64,000 nucleotides of DNA from NCBI RefSeq assembly GCF_004010195.1, contig NW_025215346.1:18636-82635 (forward strand), read 5' to 3'. Of this stretch, positions 62,336 through 64,000 are shown piece by piece. Numbering within the stretch: position 1 is the stretch's first letter; each line of letters opens with the position of its first letter. The position numbers and the translations under genes are program-made. Source of the DNA: Chiloscyllium plagiosum (taxonomy: Eukaryota). Below the pieces are notes generated by a model that was not told the origin of the DNA, did not search any database, and worked only from the letters and a program-made list of their open reading frames with translations.

Positions 62336-63127
62336 TTCTGGAATCAGGAGCAAGACATCAGCCGCAGTGATGAAAAAGCAAGGACTCTTAGTGGTGGCAG
62401 ACCCAGAGCCTTGTCAAAGTCCTGCACTGTATTTGGCAGGCAGTTAATGAAGGTGAAGTACTTTCTTTTCACTCTTTTGGACCTCAAAATGGTGCCGTAC
62501 CGTAGCGACAGAACACTTTTCACTGCATCTCTCAAGATATGTGACAATAAATCGTACATTCATTCTGTCTTATTGGAGCCTGTTGCCTTCTGAAATGAGT
62601 GGGAGGTGGGTATTACAGGTGATGGAAAGTGGGTGGCACAGCTGTTACTGTTGGTGCGGGGGGTCCTGCGTGAGTGAGTGGGCAGCACAGAGGGCATGCA
62701 GGGTCAGTGGTGTCGGGGGGTTGGGGGCAGGTGACAGCGAGAGAGGGCAGAGGTTGCGGGTAGCAGTGAGAGTGGCAGAGCAAGAACTTTGGTTGCAGGT
62801 GGATGCAGTGGCAGAGACTGGAGAGAGCGTGTGTAGGAGCAGGGAGAAGATGGAAGGGTGGAGAAGAACATTGAGCTCCTTCTCACTGAGCTGGCCGTAC
62901 TTCCCAGGGGTGGCGTGTTCATTTGTGAATGGCGTGTGGTTAGATGGGGCTAGAACTGGACAAGGGGGTGGTGTACACAGTTAATGAGGCAATTCAGTAA
63001 GATAAGGTGGGAAAATTCACTCGAACTTGCAGAGTCAAACCCTCCGCAAAAACCCAATGCAATTGGCACATAAGCCAAAATGTAAAATTCAGCCCCATAA
63101 ACTTAAAGGACCAACAGATAATCATAG

Positions 63128-63360
63128 CCATAGAATTCCTACAGTGTGGAAGCAGGCCATTCAGCCCATCAAGTTCACACTGACCCTCCAAAGATCATCC
63201 CAGTCATTTACCCCCTCTATAACCCTCCACTTCACATGGCTAATCCACCTCGCCTGCATATTCCTGGACACTACAGGACAATTTAGCATGACCAATCCAT
63301 GCAACCTGCACATCTTTGGACTGTGGAAGGAAACCCAGGTCCCTGGTGCTGTGAACCACC
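63128..63360 (-). mobile_element. HE1 SINE (internally deleted)
   Basis: Tail, central repeat and head remnant. Confidence 0.82.
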
Positions 63361-64000
63361 AATCCATAATACTATGGAGCAGCTAACTGAGTTAACAGGG
63401 AAGAGTTCTTCTGCAAAGACAATATAAAAATGTTAAAGGGAATCTAAAATATAATATAAATGACTGTGAACTATGGAAATTTGACATTATTTGCATTTAC
63501 CGTGATAAGTGCAAGAGTTTAAAGTGCCTCAGACTCATCTCTCTTTTCAATAATCAGTGAGTTACCCGTTTACATTAGGATGACTGTAAAATATGTACAC
63601 TTTCTAAACCCTGGTTCATTTGATTAAAAAACATTGAAACTGAGGCCTACAATTTCTCATTTTTACTTTAATGCTGGCCTTGATTACTTTAAATCAGTGA
63701 CCGTAAAACAACAGATTGTAAAATATAGATTATAGATTCAAAATTCCCAACTTCTAAGTATAATATTTGAGCAATTTCTTGTCACCAGTTTTTAAAGGGT
63801 TAATTGGTGAGTCATGCAAACAGCAACATTCCTCACACAGCAAGGCAAAGAAATACTTTTCCCAAGGTGATGTTTCTACTTACAGATGTAAACCAAGTTT
63901 GTCTCATGTTTTGTCGTTGTGACAATTTTGAAAAATACAGCCTTTATGCAACTTTTGCAGACTGTAGTTTAAGTCTAAATGCAATGAAGCTGTGTTCAGC

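Noticed and set aside
61961..62353. Ser/Gln/His/Arg-rich ORF
   Set aside because: Translation of the octamer satellite

Overview
Repeat-dense vertebrate DNA, almost certainly from an elasmobranch (shark), judged from many HE1-type V-SINEs and CR1/HER1-type LINE fragments. No intact host protein-coding gene could be supported; nearly all listed ORFs are retroelement remnants or their antisense shadows. Contents: CR1-clade LINE fragments, HE1 SINEs, a second tRNA-SINE family, a Deu-domain-like SINE, a Rex1/Babar LINE, a decayed Gypsy pol, a TA-flanked Tc1/mariner-type MITE, mini- and microsatellites including a ~1.75 kb octamer array grown from a LINE tail, and two assembly gaps. The most notable signal is at least three, probably four, Penelope-like element (PLE) families. 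Their terminal repeats carry minimal hammerhead ribozyme (HHR) cores, CTGANGA-stem II-GAAA, with a palindromic 4-nt stem III. About 20 intact or decayed copies occur in 64 kb, many as tiny fold-back insertions with 9-15 bp target-site duplications (TSDs) and breakpoints clustered at the ribozyme. Boundaries were read by eye and are approximate unless a TSD is given. Family names come from motif recognition, not database searches.
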